64,000 nucleotides of DNA from a bacterium (GCA_032250835.1 JAVVEA010000001.1:416001-480000), one strand, 5' to 3'. Shown: positions 42,708 through 55,404, numbered from the stretch's first letter. Notes: generated by a model not told the origin, from the letters alone. A program made the numbers and translations.

Positions 42708-45422
42708 GTGATGATGACCCCTTGGGTCCCGAATATCCTGTTGGTTGACGACCTACCAGCCAATCTTGAGCGCCTTGAAGGGCTACTGTCGCCTTTGGAG
42801 GTAAGGGTGTTCTGCGTCCAAAGCGGCCGCGAAGCCCTCAGCCTACTAAACCATCACTCCTTTGCCCTGGTCATCTGCGATCTGCTGATGCCCGAGATGG
42901 ACGGTCTTGAGTTGGCCCGCCGGATTTACGCTCACAAGGCTACCGGTGCCCTACCTATTCTCTTCGTTTCTAAAGCCCAGCTAGCCCCCGACACTATCGC
43001 TGAGGTGTACCGCCTAGGTGCCGTGGATTTTTTAGAAGGCCCTATAGACCAACATATTTTATTGGGTAAAGTGGCGGTGTTCTTAAAGCTAGAACGCCAA
43101 CGCTTCGAATTGGACCAAAGCTTAGGCGAGTTATCGGCGCTCAACCAACAACTCCAGGCGCAAATCGAAGCCCGCAAACTCGTCGAGCAGGCCTACGAGC
43201 AAACTCAAGAAAGCCTACAAACCATAATTAACAGTCTCTTAGACGCCATCTTAATCTTAACTCCCGATGGGCGTTTGGTTGATCTCAACCAACAGGCAAC
43301 CCAACTCTTCGGGCAATCAAAAGAGGACCTATTAAGCGGCTACGTCGATGAGTTGTTCCAGACTCCAGGCTTAAAAGAGCCTTTGATAAAATGGATTCAA
43401 AGGGCCCCCAAAGGTGAGCTGATCGAATTGCAGGTTATGGGGAAGTCGGCTAAGCCCCTAGACTTAGAGCTCTCGAGCAAGCAGATTCAGTATAACGGGG
43501 AGCCGCGCTTGCTGCTTACCCTACACGACATCAGCCACCGTAAAGCCTCCCAAGACCGCCTGCGCAAGCTGTCTCAGGCCGTCGAGCAAAGCCCGGCGAG
43601 TATCTTGATCACCGACCTAGCGGGCCACATCGAATACATCAACCCCCGTTTTACCGAACTGACCGGCTACAGCGCCCAAGACATTCTGGGGAAAAACCCC
43701 CGGATCTTGCGCAGCGGCCAAACCCCGCCCGAGGTCTATCGGGAACTTTGGCGGCACCTCAAAGCAGGACAACCCTGGACCGGCGAACTGATCAACCGCC
43801 GCAAAAATGGGGAAACCTATGTGGAATTGACCCACCTGTCACCGATCTTTAATGAAGCCAACCAAGTTACCCACTATCTGGGGATAAAACAAGACATTAC
43901 CGACCGAAAACAGGCCGAAGAGGCCCTGATCGAAGCCACCATAGAGGCCAACCAAGCCAATCAAGCCAAGAGCGAATTTCTAGCCAATATGAGCCATGAA
44001 ATCCGCACCCCCATGAACGCAATTCTGGGCTTTTCGGAAATTTTGCAGGAACTGGTTGAAGACCCCCAGCAAAGTGAATTTCTCGGAAATATCCGCAGTT
44101 CCGGTGAAGCCTTGCTAACCTTGATCAATGATATTTTAGACCTGTCTAAGGTCGAGGCGGGAAAACTTAAGCTGGAATACCGCCCGACGGACCTCAAGGG
44201 GCTGTTAGAGGAAATGGGTCCGATCTTCGCCAAGAAGTTGGGTGAAAAGGACCTATTGTTTCATCTGGAAATAGACCCCCAACTACCCCCGGCTCTGGCC
44301 CTAGATGAATCACGTATCCGGCAGATATTGTTAAACCTCATCGGCAACGCCGTCAAGTTCACCCACCAAGGTCGTATTCACTTAAAAGCGATCCAAGAAG
44401 CCCGCCGGGGACAGTCCTTGGACCTTTTGCTGGTAGTCGAAGACACCGGCATTGGCATCGCCCCTGAGTCTCAACAAATAGTCTTTGGGGCCTTTGAGCA
44501 GGTACCGGGCCAGGGGTCGCAAGTGGGCGGCACCGGGCTGGGGTTAGCGATCACCAAACGCTTGGTCGAAATGATGGGCGGCCAAATCGACCTGAGCAGC
44601 CAACTCGGCCAGGGGAGCTGTTTTAACGTCCACCTTCGGGGCGTTGAGATCACCGAAGCGCCCCCCAGCGTCGTTGAAGAGACGGCCGAAGCGAGCTTTA
44701 CCCTCGAAGGCTTTGCACCGGCGCGTCTGCTGGTAGTGGACGATATCGAGATAAACCGCAAGCTGCTGATCAAATACCTCAAAGCCGCTCCCTTTGAGGT
44801 TTATGAAGCCTGCAACGGAGCCGAAGCGGTTGATCAAGCCACCACCATGCTGCCCGACTTGATCTTAATGGACATGAAAATGCCGGTCTTAGATGGCTTC
44901 GAAGCAACGGCCCGGCTCAAGTCCCAGCCAGCTACCGCCAAGATTCCGGTGATTGCGGTGACCGCTGCGGTGATGAAAGACGAACGGGTGCGGATTCTCG
45001 CACTTTGCGACGACATGCTGTCCAAGCCCCTAAGCAAAGGGGCTTTGGTTAAGAAATTAGGACTTTACTTAAAAAGCGTTATCCCAAAGAATGGTGCGCT
45101 ACCTGCCGCAAAAACCTTGCAGGGCAATTGGCCCCAGCCCCAGGCCGATGATTTGGCCTGGTTGCTAGAGCAAACGAGCACCAAGTGGCAAGCCCAATGG
45201 GCTGAGCTTAACGACAGCCTGACCTTAAACCTGATCGAAGATTGGGCCGCAAAGCTACGCAGCGAAGCCAGTCGAGTGGGTTATACGCCGCTGTACCAAT
45301 GGGCCGAAGAGGTCTATAATCTTGCACGAGCCTTTGAAGCCGACCAACTGGCCCAGAAAATGACCGGTTATCCTGATTTGATCGAACCTTTAGCCAAAGC
45401 CTGCGCGAACGCCACCTCATGA
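42708..45422 (+). CDS. Hybrid histidine kinase REC-PAS-PAS-HisKA-HATPase-REC
   Basis: [54 protein letters not shown]. Confidence 0.95.
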   Translation: MMMTPWVPNILLVDDLPANLERLEGLLSPLEVRVFCVQSGREALSLLNHHSFALVICDLLMPEMDGLELARRIYAHKATGALPILFVSKAQLAPDTIAEVYRLGAVDFLEGPIDQHILLGKVAVFLKLERQRFELDQSLGELSALNQQLQAQIEARKLVEQAYEQTQESLQTIINSLLDAILILTPDGRLVDLNQQATQLFGQSKEDLLSGYVDELFQTPGLKEPLIKWIQRAPKGELIELQVMGKSAKPLDLELSSKQIQYNGEPRLLLTLHDISHRKASQDRLRKLSQAVEQSPASILITDLAGHIEYINPRFTELTGYSAQDILGKNPRILRSGQTPPEVYRELWRHLKAGQPWTGELINRRKNGETYVELTHLSPIFNEANQVTHYLGIKQDITDRKQAEEALIEATIEANQANQAKSEFLANMSHEIRTPMNAILGFSEILQELVEDPQQSEFLGNIRSSGEALLTLINDILDLSKVEAGKLKLEYRPTDLKGLLEEMGPIFAKKLGEKDLLFHLEIDPQLPPALALDESRIRQILLNLIGNAVKFTHQGRIHLKAIQEARRGQSLDLLLVVEDTGIGIAPESQQIVFGAFEQVPGQGSQVGGTGLGLAITKRLVEMMGGQIDLSSQLGQGSCFNVHLRGVEITEAPPSVVEETAEASFTLEGFAPARLLVVDDIEINRKLLIKYLKAAPFEVYEACNGAEAVDQATTMLPDLILMDMKMPVLDGFEATARLKSQPATAKIPVIAVTAAVMKDERVRILALCDDMLSKPLSKGALVKKLGLYLKSVIPKNGALPAAKTLQGNWPQPQADDLAWLLEQTSTKWQAQWAELNDSLTLNLIEDWAAKLRSEASRVGYTPLYQWAEEVYNLARAFEADQLAQKMTGYPDLIEPLAKACANATS

Positions 45423-46336
45423 ACGCCACAGCGCCTGCCCGCATTCTGATCGTCGATGACACCCAAAAGAACATCCAGCTTTTGGGAACCCTGCTGCGTA
45501 AAGAAAACTTCTTGCTGAACGTTGCTTACGATGGGGAACAGGCCATTGAAATCGCGCGCAAGTTAAAACCCGAATTGATTCTTTTAGACATCATGATGCC
45601 GGGCATCGACGGATATGAAACCTGCGCACGCCTCAAAGCGCTAGAGGAAACCCAAGAGATTCCGGTGATTTTTTTGACCGCCAAGACCGAAGTACGCGAC
45701 ATCATCCGAGGCTTTGAAGTCGGTGCGGTAGATTATGTCACCAAGCCCTTTAATGCGGTGGTGCTACTCTCAAGGGTCCGCACCCACCTAAAACTACGCC
45801 GGGCTCAAATGGAACTGGCGGAAAAAAACGCAGCTTTAGAAGAGATGGTGATGATCGACGGCTTGACCGGGCTGTACAACCATAAATTCATCTTCGAGGT
45901 TTTAAGCAAACAGATTGCCGATTCAGAGCGTTACGGTCGCCCCATGTCGGTGATCATGTTTGACTTAGACCACTTCAAACGAGTCAACGACAATTACGGC
46001 CACCAAGTAGGGGATGAGGTCTTGGTCAAAGTGGCCGCCTGCATCAAGAGCTCTGTGCGGCAGGCGGATTTAGCCGGACGCTACGGCGGCGAAGAATTTT
46101 TGGTGGTCTTACCCAACACCTCTTTGGAAGACGCCGCAAGGGTGGCCGAAAAGATCCGTTCGGCCATCGCTTCAATACCCTGGGACCACGAAGGTTTAGT
46201 GATCACCATCAGCGGGGGACTAGCCCAGTTTAGAGGGGAAACCGAATTGGAGTTGATCGACCGCGCTGATAAGTTGCTCTACGAGGCCAAAAACAACGGC
46301 CGCAACCGCATCGTCCAAGAGACCAAACCCGACTGA
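45419..46336 (+). CDS. REC-GGDEF diguanylate cyclase
   Basis: DGLTGLYN, DLDHFK.VND, RQAD I-site, RYGGEEF. Confidence 0.95.
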   Translation: MNATAPARILIVDDTQKNIQLLGTLLRKENFLLNVAYDGEQAIEIARKLKPELILLDIMMPGIDGYETCARLKALEETQEIPVIFLTAKTEVRDIIRGFEVGAVDYVTKPFNAVVLLSRVRTHLKLRRAQMELAEKNAALEEMVMIDGLTGLYNHKFIFEVLSKQIADSERYGRPMSVIMFDLDHFKRVNDNYGHQVGDEVLVKVAACIKSSVRQADLAGRYGGEEFLVVLPNTSLEDAARVAEKIRSAIASIPWDHEGLVITISGGLAQFRGETELELIDRADKLLYEAKNNGRNRIVQETKPD

Positions 46337-46344
46337 CTTAAAGT

Positions 46345-47463
46345 ATGCCAAAAATCTCCGGAAAAATTCTGCTAATCGAGGACAGTAAGCCCAATCTGGC
46401 CCTGCTGTCACGAATCCTTGAACAACAAGGGCACCAAACCGTTTCTTGCCAATCTGGTGTCGAAGGGCTCGAGTTAGCGGCGTCGGAGTCCTTTGATTTG
46501 GTCCTGTTAGACATTGTGATGCCCGGCATGGACGGTTTTGAGGTCTGCCGCCGGTTGAAAGGCTCCCCGGTTACTCGCGATATCCCGCTGATCTTCTTGA
46601 CGGCTAAAAGTTCCATGGACGATCTGGTTCAAGGCTTTGAGCTAGGTGCCGCCGACTATGTAACCAAGCCTTACAAAGGCCCAGAACTCCTGACCCGAGT
46701 AGAAAACCAGCTGCGGTTGCGCCGCAGCCACCAAGCTATGTTCCGCCAAAACCGCGAGTTAAACCTCGCGGTCTCCACTAGAGATAAATTTTTCTCGTTG
46801 ATTGCCCACGACCTCCGCACCCCGATCAAAATTTTGCATGGTATGGTTCAGCACCTACGGGACCCGGAGGTCTTAAAGGACCGGGCCGAGTTGGACCATA
46901 CACTTTTGCTGTTGGAACAATCTAGCCAACAGACCTCGCAACTGCTCGACGACCTGCTTGAGTGGGCCAAAACTCAAGTTCAGGGTCTTCATGCGACCCC
47001 AGTTGAGCTAGATATCCACCGGATGGTTGAGGATATTTGCCAACTCTTAGAGCAATTGGCGTTACCCAAAGGCATCCAGTTGGACAATCAGGTAGAAGCC
47101 GGATTGAGGGCCTGGGCAGACGAACAAACGGTGGCTACGATCCTGCGGAACTTGATCACCAATGCCATCAAGTTCACGCCCGGTCAGGGCTCGGCTAAGA
47201 TTCTGGCCCGCCTCGAAGGCCAAAGCCTTTGGATTGCCGTTGAAGATCAGGGCATCGGCATATCCCCGGAAAATCAGGCACGGCTGTTCCAGTTAGGTGA
47301 CCAATTCAGCACGCAAGGGACCGCCGGCGAAGGGGGCACCGGTCTGGGGCTGCTGCTGTGCCGCGAATTTGCCGAACTCAATGGCGGCAAATTGGGTTTT
47401 TCCAGTACCGAAGGCCAAGGCAGCCTCTTTTGGTTTACCTTGCCCATCGGCCCCACGCCCTAG
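46345..47463 (+). CDS. REC-histidine kinase
   Basis: LLDIVMP; IAHDLRTP, NLITNAIKFT, GGTGLGL. Confidence 0.94.
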   Translation: MPKISGKILLIEDSKPNLALLSRILEQQGHQTVSCQSGVEGLELAASESFDLVLLDIVMPGMDGFEVCRRLKGSPVTRDIPLIFLTAKSSMDDLVQGFELGAADYVTKPYKGPELLTRVENQLRLRRSHQAMFRQNRELNLAVSTRDKFFSLIAHDLRTPIKILHGMVQHLRDPEVLKDRAELDHTLLLLEQSSQQTSQLLDDLLEWAKTQVQGLHATPVELDIHRMVEDICQLLEQLALPKGIQLDNQVEAGLRAWADEQTVATILRNLITNAIKFTPGQGSAKILARLEGQSLWIAVEDQGIGISPENQARLFQLGDQFSTQGTAGEGGTGLGLLLCREFAELNGGKLGFSSTEGQGSLFWFTLPIGPTP

Positions 47464-47592
47464 CTCTCTGGCTACAGCCAAAAAACACAGAAAAAAAAGC
47501 ATGATTTTCCGGTCAGTTTTCTGTATTGGAAAAGTTACGCAATCTGAAGCGTAATCTAAACCCACCACCTAACGTACTCACGAAAACGTAAC

Positions 47593-48375
47593 ATGAAAAA
47601 ACAACTACAGTTGCTGGCCTTGTCGCTAGTCTTCGCTGCCTGTGCACACCAGGTTGGCGATATGGAGCACGGCGAAAAGAGCCACGCTAAAGGACACGGC
47701 GCTCACTGGACTTATGGGGGCGAAACGGGCCCGATGCATTGGGGCGATATGTCCGAGCAGTTTGCGGCCTGTAAAAACGGGATGGCCCAATCGCCGATCA
47801 ACATCACACAAACCACTCCGGCCAACCTACCGGCCCTTGAGACCGGGTACCAAGCCGTGGGCCTGGACCTCATCAACAACGGCCACACCCTGCAACTCAA
47901 CACCGCCGGTGCCGGCAGCGTAAAGATTGGAGAGGACCGCTATGAACTCCTCCAATTCCACTTCCACCTGCCCAGCGAAGAGCAAATCAACGGGGAAAAT
48001 TACGACCTCGTCGCCCACTTGGTCCACAAAAACCAAAAGGGGGAATTGGGCGTAGTGGCCGTATTGTTTAAAGAAGGTGAGGAGAACCCCTTTTTAGCCA
48101 ACTTCTGGGACAAACTGCCCACCGAAGCTGGCGGCAAGTTCGCCGACGCGGCGGTGTTGATCAATCCCATGGAGCTCTTGCCTAGCGACTTGGGTTACTT
48201 CGGTTACATGGGCTCCTTGACTACGCCGCCTTGTTCTGAAGGGGTGCATTGGCATGTCCTCAAAACCCCGGTGTCGATCTCGGCAGCTCAAAAAGCCGCT
48301 TTTGCCAAGCTTTACCACGGCAACAACCGCCCGGTTCAACCACTGAACGGTCGCGAAGTAAAAGCCAGTATGTAA
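47593..48375 (+). CDS. cah: Alpha-class carbonic anhydrase, lipoprotein
   Basis: FAAC lipobox, QSPINI, NNGHT, QFHFH..SE, HLVH, GSLTTPPCSEGV, NNRPVQ. Confidence 0.95.
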   Translation: MKKQLQLLALSLVFAACAHQVGDMEHGEKSHAKGHGAHWTYGGETGPMHWGDMSEQFAACKNGMAQSPINITQTTPANLPALETGYQAVGLDLINNGHTLQLNTAGAGSVKIGEDRYELLQFHFHLPSEEQINGENYDLVAHLVHKNQKGELGVVAVLFKEGEENPFLANFWDKLPTEAGGKFADAAVLINPMELLPSDLGYFGYMGSLTTPPCSEGVHWHVLKTPVSISAAQKAAFAKLYHGNNRPVQPLNGREVKASM

Positions 48376-48381
48376 GACTTA

Positions 48382-48416
48382 AGTTCCGTGGGGGCCCGGC
48401 TGGCCCCTACGGAATT
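48382..48416 (+). terminator. Hairpin, probable terminator
   Basis: TTCCGTGGGGGCC-CGGCT-GGCCCCTACGGAA after the cah stop. Confidence 0.6.
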
Positions 48417-48561
48417 ATACCTAGCCCCAGAATAGCCCTAAAAGGCTGCAAAATATTTCCTCCTCCAAAGCTCATGGGTACTTCTCGCGTTGTAATTTTC
48501 CCAGGTATCGGTAAACTATCTTAAGTTTCCTACCTGGACCCCATAACGCCGAAAGTGCCTG

Positions 48562-49908
48562 ATGGCCAAAGTAATCCAAAAGATATTACCACTCGAAAAG
48601 CTGGTGCAGGGCATGACCATCCTGTCCATTGTCGGCTTTGATGAGGAGTACCGTCCTTTGGCGGAGGATCGGGCCGCTTGGGTCCGCCTCAACTTCGAGC
48701 AAGCCCGCCTTAAAGTCCGACGCGATACCGAAGAAATCCAACTAGCCGGAAATGAAGTATTGGTGGGGGACTTTGTCCAACAGATTGACCAGTTGGACCA
48801 AATGGACCGGTCCTTTAAGATAGAGGACCTACGGCTTGTTACCGAATTGGGTCGGCGTGGCTTTACGCTCTTTATTGTAGAAACTCCGGCGAAGTCCGAA
48901 AATCTGCGTGATCTAGTCAAGCAAGAGCGGGTCGCGCTGGTGGACCGCATCATTGAAAAGCTGGACCACGGCCGCAGCCTGAGCCGCGAAGCAAGCCAGC
49001 AGCTTGGTGAAACCTTCGAGGCGCTCCGCCAAGAAAAAACAGACCCCCAAAGCATCCATAACCAAGTAGACAGCATCTTAGCCAATCACGGACTGGAGGT
49101 GCTCAATATCCTCAGCCTGTTAGAGCAAAACACCAGTATATACCAGCACAGCCTGGAAGTGGCGGCCCTGTACCACAGCATCTATTTCGACTTCATCGCC
49201 CGACGGGGCATCAAAAGCAGCTTCAATCGGCGGCGTGAAGTCTTTTTAGGAGCCTTTGTCCATGATTTTGGCATGGCGCGGGTGCCCAAATATATTTACG
49301 AGAGCAAAGACAAGTTTGAACGGGGTAGCAAAGAATGGAAGCTACTGCGCCAGCACCCCGAACTGGGGGCCCAAATGCTTGGGCGGATGGGCATGCCTGA
49401 GGTGATCGTCAACATGGCCTATTACCACCATGTCAAACTAGACGGTAGCTTGGTCAGTAGCTATCCCGAGCAAGCCCGCTTCAATGACGCTCTGCCCGAA
49501 ACCCGCCTGCTGGGCATGATGGATATTTACCAAGCCTTAACGGGACACCGCACCTACTCAAAGACCTGGACCCCACCTTCGGCAATGCGGTTTTTAGACG
49601 CCTTAGAAGGAAGTGAGTTTGACTCCACCACTTGGTCGATCTTTTTAGACCTAATGGGGCGCTACCCGATAGGCTCTTTAGTGGAACTCAACACCGGTGA
49701 CTTGGCCTTTGTGGTAGGGCAATCGCCAAACCAAAACAACCGCCCCATGCTGGTACCGGTCAAAACCGCCGGTGGCGAAGAACTAACCCACCACCAGCTA
49801 ATTCTGCTGGAAACCGAAGAAGACCTGATGATCACCGACGATCTAAGACCCCAAAACGTCTTTGGCGAACGGGCCTTAGAGGTCTTCTCCAAAATTCGCC
49901 TCAGTTAA
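48562..49908 (+). CDS. HD-GYP-like phosphohydrolase (variant motif)
   Basis: YQHS, VHDFG, QHP, HHVKLDGSLVSSYP, DIYQALTGHRTY, YPIGSLVELNTG. Confidence 0.85.
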   Translation: MAKVIQKILPLEKLVQGMTILSIVGFDEEYRPLAEDRAAWVRLNFEQARLKVRRDTEEIQLAGNEVLVGDFVQQIDQLDQMDRSFKIEDLRLVTELGRRGFTLFIVETPAKSENLRDLVKQERVALVDRIIEKLDHGRSLSREASQQLGETFEALRQEKTDPQSIHNQVDSILANHGLEVLNILSLLEQNTSIYQHSLEVAALYHSIYFDFIARRGIKSSFNRRREVFLGAFVHDFGMARVPKYIYESKDKFERGSKEWKLLRQHPELGAQMLGRMGMPEVIVNMAYYHHVKLDGSLVSSYPEQARFNDALPETRLLGMMDIYQALTGHRTYSKTWTPPSAMRFLDALEGSEFDSTTWSIFLDLMGRYPIGSLVELNTGDLAFVVGQSPNQNNRPMLVPVKTAGGEELTHHQLILLETEEDLMITDDLRPQNVFGERALEVFSKIRLS

Positions 49909-49995
49909 AAGCCTTTTCAGTAGTTCCCCTAAGGGCCGTCAATAGGGTACCATCTCCCTAAGTTTAAAAAAATTGTATCTAGGACCGGAGAGCTT

Positions 49996-50331
49996 ATGAT
50001 CGACCGCGAACTATTAGACACCCGAAAGATCTTAGGGAAAGAGTTTTTTGAAGGGTTACTGGTAAAGTTTGAGCGGGATTCGGTGCCCATGCTTGAGCAG
50101 CTAAAGGAGCTTAATAAAGCCCACAAATTATCCGAACTAAGCGATGCAGCCCACCGGATCAAAGGCATAGCGGCCAATGTGGGGGCAAAGAGCTTAGCTG
50201 AACTTTGTTATAAAATCCAGCTAGGGGCCGAAGCGGGAGAAAGCTCTAACCTGACCGCTTGGATCGACCAATTACCTTCACAACTGACCGAAGCTATGAC
50301 AGAGTTGAAGGAATATATGAAAACCTTTTGA
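49996..50331 (+). CDS. Hpt phosphotransfer protein
   Basis: AAHRIKGIAANVGA. Confidence 0.9.
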   Translation: MIDRELLDTRKILGKEFFEGLLVKFERDSVPMLEQLKELNKAHKLSELSDAAHRIKGIAANVGAKSLAELCYKIQLGAEAGESSNLTAWIDQLPSQLTEAMTELKEYMKTF

Positions 50332-50336
50332 TCCCC

Positions 50337-51761
50337 ATGAAAACCAAAAAGCTTGATTTAGCCATCATCGGTGCGGGCAGTGCCGGGATGGCCGCCTATT
50401 CTGTCGCCCGCCACCATACCGAATCTTTGGCGTTGATTGAGGGGTATCAATACGGCACCACCTGTGCCCGAGTCGGCTGTATGCCGAGCAAGCTGCTGAT
50501 CGCTCCGGCCGAGTTGGCCCACCGCACCTCGGGCGCAGAGGCCTTTGGCTTAAAGTTATCCGGCCCTTTACAGATAGACGGCCCCGCGTTGCTCAAACGG
50601 CTGCGCGCCGAACGGGATCGGTTTGTGGGTTTTGTTTTAGACAGCATCGACGAAATCCCCGCGGAGCATAAGCTTTGGGGCCAAGCCCGTTTCATTGGCC
50701 CTGACCGGTTGCAGCTTTCAGAAGACCTAGAAATCCAAGCTAAGGCCTTTGTGGTGGCTACCGGCTCGATCCCGGTGATCCCGCCGCCTTACCGCGACTT
50801 GGGTGATTTACTCTTAAGTACCGACGAGATATTTGAACTAGAAGACCTACCTCGTTCGGTCGCTGTCATTGGCCCCGGTGTGATTGGCCTAGAAATAGGT
50901 CAAGCCTTATCCCGCTTAGGTGTAGAGGTAGGACTGTATGGATTGGGCGGTCTCTTTGGCCCCTTTAGTGACCCCGATATGCGCCAATTGGCGCTCAAGG
51001 CATTCTCAGAAGAACTCGAAATCCACGCCGATGCTCAGGAGCTAAAAGCCCAACGGATTGGACAGGAAGTAGAAATTAGCCACTTGGTCAACGGGCAGGT
51101 ACAACGCCGCCGCTTTGAAAGGGTCTTAGTGACTACCGGCCGCAAACCCCGACTAGAGGGGTTGGACTTGGCAGTAACGGGCCTAAAGCTAGACAAAAAA
51201 GGCAGGCCCCCGCTGGACCCTAAAACCCTACAATGCGGCGACTTGCCCATTTTCCTGGCCGGAGACGCTAGCCAACTCAGGCCCCTGCTACATGAGGCGA
51301 TTGAACAGGGAAAACAGGCAGGAAAAAACGCCGCCCTTTACCCAAAAATAACCGGAGGATGGGACCGAACCCCGCTGGCGGTGGTCTTTTCGGACCCCCA
51401 AATCGCCATAGTGGGCAAAGGCTTTGCCGACTTAGAGCCCGGATGTTTTGCCCAGGGTGAGGTGGACTTTGCCAACCAAGGCCGCAGCCGAGTTATGCTA
51501 AAAAACCTGGGGGTACTCAGGCTTTATGCTGCGATGGCCGACGGCAAGTTACTCGGGGCCGAGTGCTTCGGGCCCGATGCGGAACATTTAGCCCACCTGC
51601 TGGCCTGGGCCATTGAGGTAGACTCTACGGTGGATCAGCTCTTGCAGCGCCCCTTTTATCATCCCGTCATCGAAGAGGGATTACGGACCGCCCTGCGCGA
51701 CCTGCGTAAAAATCTGCACCAACCAGGCCGGACCGACTGCCCTTGCTGCCCTGGGGAGTGA
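50337..51761 (+). CDS. Class-I pyridine nucleotide-disulfide oxidoreductase (dihydrolipoamide dehydrogenase-like)
   Basis: GAGSAG, TTCARVGCMPSK, GPGVIGLE, YHPVIEE; start at ATG 50337. Confidence 0.9.
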   Translation: MKTKKLDLAIIGAGSAGMAAYSVARHHTESLALIEGYQYGTTCARVGCMPSKLLIAPAELAHRTSGAEAFGLKLSGPLQIDGPALLKRLRAERDRFVGFVLDSIDEIPAEHKLWGQARFIGPDRLQLSEDLEIQAKAFVVATGSIPVIPPPYRDLGDLLLSTDEIFELEDLPRSVAVIGPGVIGLEIGQALSRLGVEVGLYGLGGLFGPFSDPDMRQLALKAFSEELEIHADAQELKAQRIGQEVEISHLVNGQVQRRRFERVLVTTGRKPRLEGLDLAVTGLKLDKKGRPPLDPKTLQCGDLPIFLAGDASQLRPLLHEAIEQGKQAGKNAALYPKITGGWDRTPLAVVFSDPQIAIVGKGFADLEPGCFAQGEVDFANQGRSRVMLKNLGVLRLYAAMADGKLLGAECFGPDAEHLAHLLAWAIEVDSTVDQLLQRPFYHPVIEEGLRTALRDLRKNLHQPGRTDCPCCPGE

Positions 51762-53078
51762 CTAAAGGCCGAAGCTGGCCAAAAGGTCGTCCACTCCGGC
51801 ATTGTCGGCCTTGGGTTCAAGGGTCTTTGGCGCGCTTTCATTGCTTTGGGTGGACTTAAAGAAGGCGGCAAACTGCTCGGCTAATTCCCCTCCGGCGTGA
51901 TGGGTCCTCTGACGTGGAGCCACATGTAATTGGCCTAAGAAACTTACGGTGCTCGCAATCACCTGATTGGCGGCCCCCATCATCTCGATCAAGGCTTCGC
52001 AAAGCAACAGCGCCAGATGGGCCATAGCAAAGTGGCTGGTGAAGAGTCCCTGCTCTTCGAAGCGGCGAATCAAAGCGCTGGGACTCCAACAGCCGCGCTC
52101 GTCTTGGGCGGCCAATAATTCTTCTAGGCTCACCGGGCGAGGTAAATTGGCTTGAGATAATATTCTTTGGTGCAGTTGGCCTAAACAACGGGCCATCATC
52201 ATCACTTCAGGCAAGTCTTCTAAGGACTGTAAGCTCTGTTTATAGCCCGGCAGATACCTAGCGGATTCACGCAGCCGTTTGAGCAATTGATAAAGCCATT
52301 CCTGATCCGGCAAGCGGCCCAGCGCCTGCTGGGCTACCAAATCTTCGTACACCCGGCGGCTGTCCACTTGATTTTCAACGACACATTCGTCTCTAAGTCG
52401 GTGGCCCAAATCGCGCAGAAAACGCTGCCAAAGCCTGGGTTGGCGGAGTTCGGTTTGGAGGTGGTTTTCCACCAGTTCGTTAAAGAGCCGGGTGGTGAGC
52501 ACCGCCTTTTTGTGGATGCTGGCGGACTTAAGCATCCCCCGAGCTTTGTAGCTTAGTTTGTGTTGGTCGTATATTAGGCGCTCTAGGCGGCCAAATAACA
52601 CTTGAGCCACCACCAGATACATATCCAGGTTTTGTTCGTACTCGCCGTCTTCAAGCCGCTTTGCAGGGTCTTCAAGGCCTTCGAGAAGGTCCGGCAGGGA
52701 AGAGAGGTCCAACCCCAATAATAAAACCTCACCTGAGGCTTGGATACTCGCCCCGCGGGGCTGTCCCAAAATACAACGTTCGCCAAAGAGCGTGAAGGGC
52801 TCGCCAAGGCTATCAATTTGTTTTTCCTGGCTGTCCCCTAAGCTGATGAAGACATCTAACTGCCCCTGCAAGAGCAAGTAAATTTCTTGGTCAAACATCC
52901 CTTCCTTCACCGGGCGGTCGTGGTTGCTTAGGGGAACAAATTTGGCGTAATCGAAGATGCGGCTGCGCAGTTCTCTGGGTAGGCCTTTAAAAAGTTCCAG
53001 TTTACCTAACAGTTCAATGAACTGCTCACGGCTTCCGGGTGCCGTATTGCGCAGGTAGTTGGTGCTTGGATGATTCAT
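51762..53078 (-). CDS. Cyclic-nucleotide-binding domain protein
   Basis: LFKGL...IYLLLQGQLDV...FGE...PRGASIQA; unknown helical C-terminus ending VDDLLASFGL. Confidence 0.8.
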   Translation of the reverse strand: MNHPSTNYLRNTAPGSREQFIELLGKLELFKGLPRELRSRIFDYAKFVPLSNHDRPVKEGMFDQEIYLLLQGQLDVFISLGDSQEKQIDSLGEPFTLFGERCILGQPRGASIQASGEVLLLGLDLSSLPDLLEGLEDPAKRLEDGEYEQNLDMYLVVAQVLFGRLERLIYDQHKLSYKARGMLKSASIHKKAVLTTRLFNELVENHLQTELRQPRLWQRFLRDLGHRLRDECVVENQVDSRRVYEDLVAQQALGRLPDQEWLYQLLKRLRESARYLPGYKQSLQSLEDLPEVMMMARCLGQLHQRILSQANLPRPVSLEELLAAQDERGCWSPSALIRRFEEQGLFTSHFAMAHLALLLCEALIEMMGAANQVIASTVSFLGQLHVAPRQRTHHAGGELAEQFAAFFKSTQSNESAPKTLEPKADNAGVDDLLASFGL

Positions 53079-53139
53079 GTCCCCTCAAATCCCCTATTAA
53101 ATCAGATTAGCCCCCCAAATCTTCCGCCTTGTTTATTAC

Positions 53140-55386
<2,247 letters not shown>

Positions 55387-55404
55387 AGGGGCTCCAAAGG
55401 GGAA

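Noticed and set aside
51759-51790. TGA after ...CPCCPGE as a possible Sec codon
   Set aside because: Read-through would run antisense into the abutting gene, and the only hairpin (GGCC-GAAGCT-GGCC) is short and too close to the UGA.
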